Assembly: GCF_006345805.1 (NCBI RefSeq)
Contig: NC_043008.1
Coordinates: 54,870,001-54,934,000 of the forward strand
Length of the DNA: 64,000 nucleotides
Reading direction: 5' to 3'
DNA from: Octopus sinensis
Taxonomy: Eukaryota
Part shown: piece by piece, positions 13,076-25,062 of the stretch
How positions within the stretch are numbered: position 1 is the stretch's first letter
How the letters are laid out: each line of letters begins with the position of its first letter
Translations under genes and position numbers: made by a program
The notes under the pieces: model-generated
Databases searched by the model: none
The model's input: only the letters and a program-made list of their open reading frames with translations
What the model was told of the DNA's origin: nothing

Positions 13076-13492
13076 TTTTTTTATTGCTCAGAAGTGGCTA
13101 AACACAGAGGGGACAAACGAGGACAGACCAAGGGATTAAGTCGACTAAGTCGATTACATCGACCCCAGTGCGTAACTGGTACTTATTTTATCGACCCCGA
13201 AAGGAGGAAAGGCAAAGTCGACCTTGGCGAAATTGGAACTCAGAACGTAACAGCAGATGAAATACCTATTTCTTTACTACCCGCAAGGGGCTAAACACAG
13301 AGAGAACAAACAAGGACAGACGAACGGATTAAGTCGATTATATCGACCCCAGTGCGTAACTGGTACTTATTTAATCGACCCCGAAATGATGAAAAGCAAA
13401 GTCGACCTCGGCGGAATTTGAACTCAGAATGTAGAGGCAGACGAAATACCGCTAAGCACTTCGCCCGGCGTGCTAACGTTTCTGCAAGCTCG
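13076..13492 (-). mobile_element. SINE family D head-to-tail dimer with a single TSD
   Basis: Internal junction at 13266/13267. A 19-bp flanking repeat ccgacattaYcttatctta lies at 13057-13075 and 13493-13511. Confidence 0.85.
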
Positions 13493-13799
13493 CCGACATT
13501 ATCTTATCTTAAAGAGACCCTCTCCATAGACTTCCACCAAGACGCAAGACTATATAAACACATATATGTACAGACATACATTTCCTTTCTACCATAGTCA
13601 ATGATGAGTTCAAAATGTCATCGTGTGACGAGGTCAAAACGAAAGCTTTATCAGTATGTGGCCTCGTATGGGGGAAGGGAAACAAGTAAAAAGATAAAAG
13701 CGTCGTCTCAAAAAAAAAAAGCTCAAAAGGGTGGATGAGGACATCTGAACCCTACAGCAATCACACAGTCACACCACCAACACCAACACTATCTACAAC

Positions 13800-14145
13800 C
13801 ACAGCATTACACCAACAATGCCAAGTACAGGCACTTTGTCGGTTATGATGACGAGGGTTCCAGTTGATCTGATCAAAGGAACAGCCTGCTTGTGAAATTA
13901 ACGCGCAAGTGGCTGAGCTCTCCACAGACACGCGTACTCTTAACGTAGTTCTCAGAAAGATTCTGCTTGACTCAGAGTCTGACAATAATGGCTCTTTGAA
14001 ATACAGGTACAACTCACTTTTGCCAGCTATTGGGCTGAGGCAAAGTGAAATAAAGCGTCTTGCTGAAGGAAAGTATGCGCTGTCGGGAATCGAACTTTTG
14101 CTCTTGCAACCGTGGGTCAAATACCCTAACCACTAAGCCATGCGA
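13800..14145 (-). mobile_element. SINE family C head with tail Y
   Basis: The tail aligns by eye to the tails at 35499 and 51287. The head is C-type. Confidence 0.7.
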
Positions 14146-14252
14146 TTTCGCTCAATAATACCAAGCAACGCACAAAAAATAACCAAACGCACTCGAAACG
14201 TCAGCCATTAACTTCACTGTTCCTCGCAAGAAGTACAAGGTATTAACAGAGT

Positions 14253-14487
14253 CAAAGGCGGCGAGCTGGCAGAAACGTTAGCACACCGGGCGAAATGCTT
14301 AGCGGTATTTCGCCTGCCGCTACGTTCTGAGTTCAAATTCCGCCGAGGTCGAATTTGCCTTTCATCCTTTCGGGGTCGATTAAATAAGTACCAGTTACGC
14401 ACTGGGGGTCGATATAATCGACTTAATCTGTTTGTCTGTCCTTGTTTATCCTCTCTGTGTTTAGCCCCTTGTGGGTAGTAAAGAAAT
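14253..14487 (+). mobile_element. SINE family D monomer with 15-bp TSD
   Basis: TSD aggtattaacagagt at 14238-14252 and 14488-14502. Confidence 0.9.
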
Positions 14488-14796
14488 AGGTATTAACAGA
14501 GTATATGGAACAAAATCTATTCGAAATCAAAATACAAACAGAAGGGCGGGGTCCTAAATAATATTGACACCAAAATAATTACTCAAATTAGCGGAGGACT
14601 CCTACAGTAGCCTAAAGATTAAATTCCCTTGTGAAGAGGGTGGACTATAATCTTTTACCTGGGGTTCTCGAGGAGCCCTACTCAACTGTCGAGACTGAAT
14701 TGACCGGATTTCTTTAAAACTAAAGGGAGTAAACTCTCAAGCTCTTTTCCCATCGACCAACAAGGCCTTAATCAGAGTAAAAAAAATAATAATAAA

Positions 14797-15043
14797 TGCG
14801 GCTTTTTAAAGCCTAGTCAGGCAAATGGGCCCGGTTTCACGGTTTCCGTGGCGTATGTGTTCCCAAGCTGGATGGAACACCAGTCCATCGCAGCGTTATT
14901 ATTTTTGCCAGCTGAGTGGACTAGAGCAATGTGAAATGAAGTGTTTTACTCAAGAACACAACGCGTCATCCGGTCCAGGAATCGAAACCACAATCTTACG
15001 ATCATGATACTTACACCCTAACCACTAAGTCACGCGTCTCCAC
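14797..15043 (-). mobile_element. SINE family C head with tail X
   Basis: Closely similar to 39172-39416. Confidence 0.8.
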
Positions 15044-15079
15044 CAGTAATCAGAATAGGAATATATAAATACATGCGGC

Positions 15080-15830
15080 CCGGGGTTACTTTGGAAACAA
15101 CGTCATCTGCTGAATGGCCTCAGCTTGCTAGATATATATTTGACAGCAAGCAGTCAGCGAGAACTAAATTTCCGATACAAGCATACAACCGTTCATCTCT
15201 GATTGGCTGCAAGGAGAAATTTGTGTCTCTGAGCCGGTCTGGAATAGGAGTTGGAGTAGTACTGTTGTTCCGGAGAAGTCTTGATCTTCAGATAGTGCTG
15301 ATCTTTCTGGAATAGGATGGCAAATCGATTGTCCTGAATTTTTACTTCCGATTAGGAGCCGTATATTTTCGAACATAAATGCGACAACTGGGTTTCTTTA
15401 GATATTTGGAAGTGTTCTTAGGAATGACTTGCCCTTAAGTACTAGCGAGCGATTGGAATGGCATCTTAAGTGCTCTATCGGAATGGATTGTGTGAGGATA
15501 ACCAGTAAGAGAGTGGGGGATATAAAAGTCTCGCAAACCTGTTCTTATGTTTCCAACTGTCTGACTGATATAGGCTCGATTTCCAGGAAGTACCATGTGG
15601 AGTAATAGCATCATGTTTATCCAGATCGGTATATATATATAGGCTATATATTAGTTTAGTTGACAAGGAGTGTGTAGGATGACACTTTCAACAGTACAGA
15701 TCACGCAGTTAGGATTTGCACAGTCGATCAAGGTAGAACTCGTACACAGAAACCTGAGTACTCGAAGCTGAACCTCGTTGTTCCTGGCGCATAAAACATA
15801 CAGAGGCGGGATTAGATTTACTTAAACTGC
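15080..15830 (+). pseudogene. Tx1/L1-like LINE ORF2 AP-endonuclease fragment
   Basis: Frameshifted remnants include GVGVVLLFRRSLDLQI and FQL.D.YRLDFPG. It parallels the APE region at 56700-57450. Confidence 0.6.
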
Positions 15831-15847
15831 AGTTGACAGGGATACTC

Positions 15848-16160
15848 TTTTACTTGTTTCAGTCACGTGACTGAGGCCATGCTGGAGCACCGCCTTTAGT
15901 CGAGCAAATCGACCCCAGGACTTATTCTTTGTAAGAATAGTACTTATTCTATCGGTCTTTTTTGTCGAACCGCTAAGATACGGGGACGTAAACACACCAG
16001 CATCGGTTGTCAAGCGATGTTGGGGGGGGGCAAACACAGACACTTTGTCGGCCCGAGTCTATAGTAGAAGACACTTGCCCAAGGTGCCATGCAGCGGGAC
16101 TGAACCCGGAACCATGTGGTTTGTAAGCAAGCTACTTACCACACAGCCACTCCTACGCCT
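15848..16160 (-). mobile_element. SINE family A, internally deleted
   Basis: Head and tail are present. The middle part, including the microsatellite, is missing. Confidence 0.8.
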
Positions 16161-16756
16161 AGGGATGTCAATTAATAACCGATAGTGGGGTGCACAGAAG
16201 AGGGTGATAGGTGTAGGATTGGTAACATGACACAAATACACACAATTAATGCAATTTTTCTTTATCTTTAATTACTTTTTCCTTCCACTAATAAACACCG
16301 AGAGAGAGAGAGGGGGGGGGATAGATAAATAGAGAAAGAGAGAGTGGGAGAGAAACATACAAAATCATCATTTCACGTTGTTTTACATAACTCCGCCTGC
16401 AGATATTTCTGTTCCTTTGTTTTTGCTCAACTTATTGTTCTCTCCCTTTAATGCCATCTTTCTCTAAATAAGTTACAAAAACCATTTTATTCTTCTTTTC
16501 CTTCATATCTTCTTTTATTTCATTCCTCATTACGTGTCTATCCTGCTAAACTCCTTCAACGTATTTTTACTCTTATTCCTTGATAGAAATTTGTCTAATT
16601 TCATCGTTGTTCTTTCTATCTACCCTTTGTTATATCTATATTCACTACGTCTGTATTGTCTGTCTTTGTTTTTTTACCTTCTCAAAATCTAACTCATAAA
16701 TAACCATAATTATATGCAAAAAAAAACCAACAACATATACGGACACAGAATCACTT

Positions 16757-16821
<65 letters not shown>

Positions 16822-17113
16822 CTCTTCTCTCTCATACAAACTCATACACAAACATATACACATATAAAATAAAACAAAAGCGAATTATTTTTATTTCCAT
16901 AACGGGGAAATAATTGTTCTACATATTTCCGGAACAATTATATTACATCGAGAGGGAAAAAAAAAAAAAAATCAATCACATTATTTTTTTTCCCGTAATT
17001 CTATTTTTTTCCCCCTCCTTGTATCAAGCACTGCCTGTAAAACGAGATTAATAAAGACCAATGATAACTGGCGTCGTATTACATAGGCACTGTTATCATC
17101 ATCACGTTTCCAG

Positions 17114-17192
17114 ACGTTTTGAGCCACGCAATCAACCAACGGTTCCGTGCGCATATCAACAGAGTCATTCAGCAAATAGCCACCTACACGAA
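17114..17192 (+). CDS. Possible internal exon (VLSHAINQRFRAHINRVIQQIATYT), product unknown
   Basis: tttccag acceptor, open frame and a weak gtacgg donor, in unique sequence. No homology recognised. Confidence 0.2.
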
Positions 17193-17547
17193 GTACGGCA
17201 TGTTGTTTTCCCTAAAAGGGGGACACACAGAATGTTTCTTTGGCTGGCAAACACAAGTGGCTACAATTAATACAGATATACGCATGTGTGGGCATGTATA
17301 TGCAGATATGCGCGCTCTCTATGTGCATGTGTGCGTGACTGCGTGTATGTATTCGTGCGTGTGTGACTCTGTGTATGTGTCCTTGCGTGCGTGATTGTGT
17401 GTATGTGTATACATGAAATGTTTGCACGCACGTGTAAGCACACATGCGCGTGGGTATGTGTGTATAAGCACACATACATACACATACTTCATATGCACGA
17501 TTCTTGCTTTATCTCTCCTTTCCTACCCACTATATATATATATATAT

Positions 17548-17584
<37 letters not shown>

Positions 17585-17896
17585 ACACATATGCATACAC
17601 AGACACATACATATATATATATATATATAATAATATATAATATATATATATACATATAAGTGTGTGGGCATGGCTAAAGCTATGTATATATGCACATACA
17701 CACGTACATGCATATATATATATAAAACACATACATATACACAAATTATATAGATATACGTATACATGCTTCCATCCATCCATCCATCAACCCATCCAAA
17801 CAGCCACCCATCCTTGCATAAATATATACATACATACACATATACTTGTGTTTACTATACATGTATACATATATGTGTGTGTGTGTTTGTATGTGT

Positions 17897-17928
<32 letters not shown>

Positions 17929-17932
17929 TATT

Positions 17933-17981
<49 letters not shown>

Positions 17982-18253
17982 CAGCAGCATAAACTTAATG
18001 ATTAATAATATGACAAACTGCAGTATGTTTCGACCATATAAAACTGACAGTTTGACAATTTCATTAGCAAGAAATATACCGTATTTCTAACTAATCTGGT
18101 ATTTATAAATAAATGTTTATTGTCGGCTAGTTTGATGGTCCTGGTATTTCTAATTATACATACATACTTATATATATATATATATATATATATAGATATA
18201 TATATATATATTATACATACATGCATATATTACATATACATACATACATACAT

Positions 18254-18335
<82 letters not shown>

Positions 18336-19953
18336 TATACATACATACATACATAAAATACGAAAATGAGTACGCAAAACTTCCAGAGAGTTAGGTGATA
18401 TTAAAAAAGGGACAACAAAACATCCAGACAGACGATACAAAGAAAACAGGACGGGTCATTCGGAGTTTTCTATCCTCAGTCGAGTTCCATATTATCTTTG
18501 CAATTTTGGCTGGCTATAATCGAGATTGCTCCAATCTGGCCAGCCCCAAGGAACAACTAAGCTAAGAGCATTAGATTCCTTGGAAACATTAGATTCCTTG
18601 GAATGTATACGAAAACAAGGACGGAAAAAACAGAGAAATGTTACACAAATATAAATGCAAACAACAGGTGTCTTTCGACTAAGGACGAATTAAATTAAGC
18701 TGGCATGTGTTGAAGTAAAGCCTTACAGCAGGGACATAAGATTTAACAGGCACAGGAAGGAATATAGATGTTGCACGGATGGTAGTCGAACCAAGAAAGA
18801 AAGGTCAAACCTGGTCGAACACCGGTCACGTGAGGAGAGAAGAGAGAGAGTTAGAGGTACAGGGATAGAAGAATTAAGGAGGGGCAAGAAAAAATGAAAG
18901 AGAAACGGTGAAGTGAATGAGGAGGGAAAGTGAGCATGAAGAGAAGGCCAGGAAATGTGAGAGAGGGGGAACGAAAGAACGAAGAGTGGGATGAACGAAG
19001 TTTGGAAGGGCTGATAGAAAGAAGGAAAGAATGAAAGAATAGAAAGAATAATAGAGTCATACAAAATTTAGATATATATATATTATATATATATATATAT
19101 GTTATATATTAAGAGTCCAAAGTGTACGTACGCCGCTATATTTTTTGTTCTTTCGTTCACTGGAGTGCAACCATGCAGGACCACTGTCTTGAAAGGTTTA
19201 TAGAAAATTATAAAAATAAGAAAGCAGCGAATGTATATGAAAACAAGGACGGAAAAAACAGAGAAATGCTACACAAATACAAATGCAATTAACAACACAT
19301 AACAACTGGTGTCTTTCGACTAAGGACGAATTAAATTAAGCTGTATTATAGTATTATAGAAAATTATAAAAATATCCTTATTCCATTGGCGACATTTTGC
19401 AAAAGGGCTAATTTACTAGAAATGTAAACAAACACACATCTGTTATCGAGCAGTGGAGGGCAAATAGAGACACAAGGACACACACACACACACACAATAG
19501 GGATAAGAATTTTACGTTTTGCTGATTTCATTGCTATTTTCTCTGACTTCCACCGGTCTCAGCACAACTATTTTTATGCAGCCAGATTTCCTTACCACTT
19601 CATTCATATAAGCTGATATAAGAAGCCGCATTGAATAATGTAGCATTACATAAACGTTATCTAAATAAAAAAACGTATAATCACATTTGAATCGTTTTGA
19701 TCGTAGACTAAATTAATCATTTCTGAACGGAGGCTAACCTAAACCATAACAGCATAAACGTGAAGGTTATGAACGTTGCAAGGGTCTCTGCGCAGTGTGG
19801 GTTACTGAACATCATCTGTATGCAAAGCCTTTCGTAGTTTGACATAATTGGAATCATTTATTTCTTGTGTTCATAAGTTACGTGAAATGTAAGCAGACCA
19901 ATACCTGTTGTCAAGCAGCGGAGGACAAATAGAGACAAAAGGAGACAAACACA

Positions 19954-19996
<43 letters not shown>

Positions 19997-20131
19997 ACGC
20001 ACGCACACACACACGCACGCACACACACACACGCACACACACATACACACACATACACAAACACACTTTCTCTCTCTCTCTCTGTTACACACGAACATAT
20101 GTAAATATAATAAATACAAATTTATATATAA

Positions 20132-20176
<45 letters not shown>

Positions 20177-20398
20177 ATTAATCAATATAGGGAGGCAAAA
20201 AAATTTGTAGAATTCTTTTGCCCCAGCGGCCTAGTGGGAAAAAATTAAATAGTCATAAACCATTTTTAAGTTCAATATCACAATCAAGGAACGGCCATAA
20301 TAGGCCATCACCCACTAGAAATAACAGCCAAAAAGCTTCAACCGCAAAATAACATTAATTCCGTAAACCAGGAGAAAATTAAAAAAATTTACCCTGAA

Positions 20399-20503
20399 AT
20401 TCCTTATACGATGCACCGTTTCGTCTACTGTTTAATGGTAAACTAACCTGATTAAATTAAATCAAGCCAATCTACATAGGCCCTTAGATCATCAGTAAGG
20501 AAT
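20399..20503 (-). ncRNA. Type I hammerhead ribozyme, left copy
   Basis: Minus strand reads attcctta CTGATGA tcta...tagac GAAA cggtgcatcg TA taaggaat. Predicted cut between 20407 and 20406. Position 10.1 is missing. Confidence 0.65.
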
Positions 20504-21088
20504 AGCCAAATCGGACACAGATATTTTTCACGAGGCATTCTCGTCCATGCCTCGCCAATATCTGACCTAAAATTTTCAAATCGTCGCACTCGCGCCAAAT
20601 TTATCGGCAGCAAATAAATATAAGCCGCCGATTCCATTACGGAATTAGCCAGAAAATTCATAATTAATCAATATAGGAGGCAAAAAAATTTTGTAGAATT
20701 CTTTTGCCCCAGCGGCCTAGTGGGAAAAAAATTTTCTCCTGGTTTACGGAATTATGTTATTTTGCGGTTGAAGCTTTTTGGCTGTTATTTCTAGTGGGTG
20801 AATGGCCTATTATGGCCGTTCCTTGATGTGATATTGAACTTAAAAATGGTTTATGACTATTTAATTTTTTCCCGCTAGGCCGCTGGGGGCAAAAGAATTC
20901 TACAAAATTTTTTGCCTCCCTATATTGATTAATTATGAATTTTCTGGCTAATTCCGTAATGGAATCGGCGGCTTATATTTATTTGCTGCGATAAATTTGG
21001 CGCGAGTGCGACGATTGAAAATTTTAGGTCAGATATTGGCGAGGCATGGACGAGAATCCTCGTGAAAAATATCTGTTCCGATTTGGCT

Positions 21089-21195
21089 ATTCCTTACTGA
21101 TGAATCTAAGGGCCTATGGTAGATTGGCTTGATTTAATTTAATCAGGTTAGTTTACCATTAAACAGTAGACGAAACGGTGCATCGTATAAGGAAT
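21089..21195 (+). ncRNA. Type I hammerhead ribozyme, right copy
   Basis: Perfect 8-bp stem I (attcctta/taaggaat), CTGATGA at 21097-21103, GAAA at 21172-21175, near-palindromic helix III, and GUA cleavage after 21187. Confidence 0.75.
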
Positions 21196-21315
21196 TTCAG
21201 GGTAAATGTTTTTTTAATTTTCTCCTGGTTTACGGAATTAATGTTATTTTGCGGTTGAAGCTTTTTGGCTGTTATTTCTAGTGGGTGAATGGCCTATTAT
21301 GGCCGTTCCTTGATT

Positions 21316-21349
<34 letters not shown>

Positions 21350-21417
21350 GGAGTAAATCCAAACTTACAGGGAAAAATTAGATCTAGGATTAAATCTAAT
21401 TTTATAGTATAAATATA

Positions 21418-21600
21418 TATATTAAATTTGAGATAAACCCACTATTAGGCAAATCAAACAGTGAAAATCATAAACCAATACATAGAAATAAAATTAATTA
21501 ATAAATGTATAAAATATAAAATTCAAAATTTAAATTATTTAAATTTATATGATTTTCACTGTTTGATTTGTCTAATAGTGGTTTTATCTAATTTAATATA
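21418..21600. repeat. Short fold-back with arms of about 55 bp
   Basis: 21418-21472 is the reverse complement of 21548-21600 with a few mismatches. Confidence 0.85.
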
Positions 21601-22074
21601 TATATATATATGACATGCATGTATGTATGTATGTATGATTAAGATGGATTCTCTTGTCGTGAACAACAAATGAGGATTCAGTTAAAATAAACCATGTTCG
21701 ATGGATACGAATGTGTCTCTTGTGGGTTTTTGGCAAACGGAACAAGTTGAGGATTCAGTTTGTTCGAGTGGAACATTTGCTATGTGTTTTTCTGAATGGA
21801 CGGCAAGGCCTGCTTTGTTTGTGCCACAAAACCACAATCACAGGTAGGGTTTCCAATTTTTGAGGAGCAGCGTTTTTGCCAGCATACCCTCATGCTTGCA
21901 CAAAATTGGTCCCGATGCTGGAGTCGACTTTGCTCAAATCTTTAAACTGAAGAGAAGCAGGGCTGGTGCTTGGTCCTGCCTCCTGAAGCTTTCTTTTCCT
22001 AGGAAGGAAAAGGAATGTGGTATCGCTTCAGATTGTTTTTTAGTTTGGCTTTGAAGTGCAAGAGTGGCCTTCCA

Positions 22075-22625
22075 ACTCACTTTGCCTTTCATCCTTTCGG
22101 AGTCGATAAATAAAGTACCAGTGATGCACTGGCGTCGATATAATCGACCTAATCCGTTTGTCTGTCCTTGTTTGTCCTCTCTGTGTTTAGCCCCTTGTGG
22201 GTAGTAAAGAAATAGGTATTTCGTTTGCCGCTATGTTCTGAGTTCAAATTCCGCCGAGGTTGACTTTGCCTTTCATCCTTTCGGGGTCGATTAAATAAGT
22301 ACCAGTTACGATCTGGCGTCGATATAATCGACCTAATCCGTTTGTCTGTCCTTGTTTGTCCTCTCTGTGTTTGGCCCCTTGTGGGTAGTAAAGAAATAGG
22401 TATTTCTTTCGACTCTGAAGGTGACGAGCTGGCAGAAACGTTAGTTAGCACGCCGGGCGAATGCTGAACGGTAATTTTGTCTGCCGCTACGTTCTGAGTT
22501 CAAATCTCGTCGAGGTCACACACTGGAGTCGATAAATTAAGTACCAGTTACGTACTGGGTTCGATGTAATCGACTTAATCTTTTTGTCTGTCCTTTTTCG
22601 TCCCCTCTATGTTTAGCTACCTGTG
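22075..22625 (+). mobile_element. SINE family D tandem array
   Basis: Junctions aagaaata|ggtatttc at 22214/22215 and 22398/22399. Internal unit 184 bp. Confidence 0.85.
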
Positions 22626-22829
22626 GGGAATATAAGAAAAAAAAATATAATATATATTATATATATATATATATATATAGCGAAACGAACACAACGCACC
22701 GCCCAGTCAGGAAATGGAACCCACGAACCAGCGACCGGGAGGGCAATAACCTAATCATTAGGCCAAGCCCCCTCACTCACTCACTCACTCACTTACTCAC
22801 TCACTCACTCACTCACTCACTCACTCACA

Positions 22830-22860
<31 letters not shown>

Positions 22861-23411
22861 CGCACAAGCACGCACACACACATACACAAATGGTAGCGTT
22901 TATTGACCCTTTAACGTGGGTGTTCTCTACGAGAGGACCATACTGCTGTTTTAACCCCATATCTCCAAATGGTTTATTCAGTGCGCTTTCGTACTCGATA
23001 TTCATTGCAAGCGAGGGAGAACCCACATGTCACGCTACCTCCGAGACTACCAGACCAATTAATTTCTATCTTATTGGATCTCTTCGGTGCTGGGCACTCA
23101 TTTGCCAGGCATGTCAACAGTCTAACTTATATATAAGTATGAATGTTTTTATACAGAGACACACATATTGTATAATTACTTTCATACATTCCAAAACACA
23201 GAGAATATATTTACAATTTTATCAAAATACACTCCTGTTTCCAATCGCTTAGGAAGACGATTTAGACATACCAAAATTATAGTTAACATAAATTGAAATA
23301 AATTAAATTAAATTAATCTTTCATGATATCAGTTCTGCAAAAACTCGCTTTTTGTTATTTTTTTCTGCAAATCACATGGTGCATTCATTCGCTTCCTTAT
23401 ACATACATACA

Positions 23412-23583
<172 letters not shown>

Positions 23584-24064
23584 TGTATATGTGTGTGTGT
23601 GCGTATATATATAATTTTAAATTAAACTTTTCGGCAAAATAGAAAATATTTTGATATATCTTATACTTATATCTTTTGCAAAAGGTGTATCATTTTCAAG
23701 TCCATATTTACTTTTGTGATTATCTTTAATAAAAAAAGGAAACAATATTCTAGAATAATGGAATGGGAACCATAAAAAGGTTAATTGCGACATTGTATTG
23801 AGGATAGCAAAAATTCTTGCATAGAAGTTTTTTGATGAATTTCTCATCTAAGTCGTTGATTGAATTTCCAGTGTATGAGATGGTATCTTCAGAGTGAGTT
23901 GATCAATTTTATCTATTCTATAGAGGAATATAAAGTTATACAGTATCGGAAATGAATCCCATAAACTTCATTATATCACATTCTTGCCTCATGTACGTGT
24001 GTGAATATATGTGAGGTGTGTGCGTGTGCACAAAGGTTTATGATCATTAATATATGTATGTATA

Positions 24065-24141
<77 letters not shown>

Positions 24142-24274
24142 TAAACACATGTACATATATAACACAGGCGGACACGCATGCTTATACATAAATACATACA
24201 TACATAAATACATAAATTATGTATAATATATTTATTTTAAATATTTCTGTTTGTCTGTCTGTCTGTCTCTCTAT

Positions 24275-24324
<50 letters not shown>

Positions 24325-24363
24325 ATCTATCTATCTATCTATCTATATATATTATATATATAT

Positions 24364-24424
<61 letters not shown>

Positions 24425-24761
24425 ATATATATGATGTATATATATATATATATGGATTCAGATGAATATGGTAGTTAAGTTGAGGCACCAGAACTTAGTA
24501 CGGTTTTATCCATACAATTTCAAAGTAAGGTGATTAAAATCAAAATAAGCAACATGGATATACAGAGGTAATGCAGTACGATCGTTTCCTGCAACTCCAT
24601 TTAATTGAACAATGCAATCATTACATCAATTTAAAATGTAGAGCAATCTTCCGCTGCACAATTACATAGAATTTAATTAAATTAGAACAGATGGATACAT
24701 TAGTATAATTATACCTAAAGTCTCAAAGAAGTTAAGGAGATAGACAAAGAACCGTCTCACT

Positions 24762-24890
24762 CCAGCCGCCACCCTCTTGACACAGGGCAGTACTACCTCC
24801 TCCAGGCTCTTGTATGCCACCATGTTTAGTCTGAGGCCATATAGGAAGATGAATGGAGGTATAATGTCGCCATCACAAGTAATCACTCAG
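24762..24890 (-). pseudogene. maT-like (DD37D) transposase fragment
   Basis: ITCDGDIIPPFIFLYGLRLNMVAYKSLEEVVLPCVKRVAAG resembles the maT motif DGDVMPPFIFP.GLRLN..AY...LE.VV.PW..RVA.GR. Confidence 0.7.
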
Positions 24891-24899
24891 CATATACAT

Positions 24900-25062
24900 T
24901 GAGTTCAAATTCCGCCGAGGTCGACTTTGCCTTTCATCCTTTCGGGGTCGATTAAATAAGTACCAGTTACGCACTAGAGTCGATGTAATCGACTTAATCC
25001 CTTTGTCTGTCATTGTTTGTCCACCCTATGTTTAGCTCCTTGTGGGCAATAAGGAAATAAGA
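24900..25062 (+). mobile_element. SINE family D, 5'-truncated
   Basis: Starts at box B (gagttcaaattcc) and includes the core and tail. Confidence 0.8.

Larger units (their letters stand above)
20174..21322. mobile_element. Fold-back of a 486-bp retrozyme/PLE-like monomer
   Basis: Direct period 486 on the left (20174 vs 20660) and on the right (20731 vs 21217). The right arm is the reverse complement of the left arm, circularly permuted. Both ends abut (TA)n. Confidence 0.9.

Noticed and set aside
12895-13101. Poly-Q ORF
   Set aside because: It derives from a CAA/CAG microsatellite and runs into a SINE.
18440-18485. CTGAGGA...ccgaa on the minus strand in a PLE-like end
   Set aside because: GAAA is incomplete, and helix III and stem I do not pair.
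21947-21995. CTGAAGA plus a good hairpin plus ctgaagcttt
   Set aside because: The CGAAA is disrupted and stem I is unconvincing.
22075-22625. Regularly spaced palindromic repeats resembling a CRISPR array
   Set aside because: Units are about 185-bp SINE copies with no unique spacers, there are no cas genes, and the context is eukaryotic.
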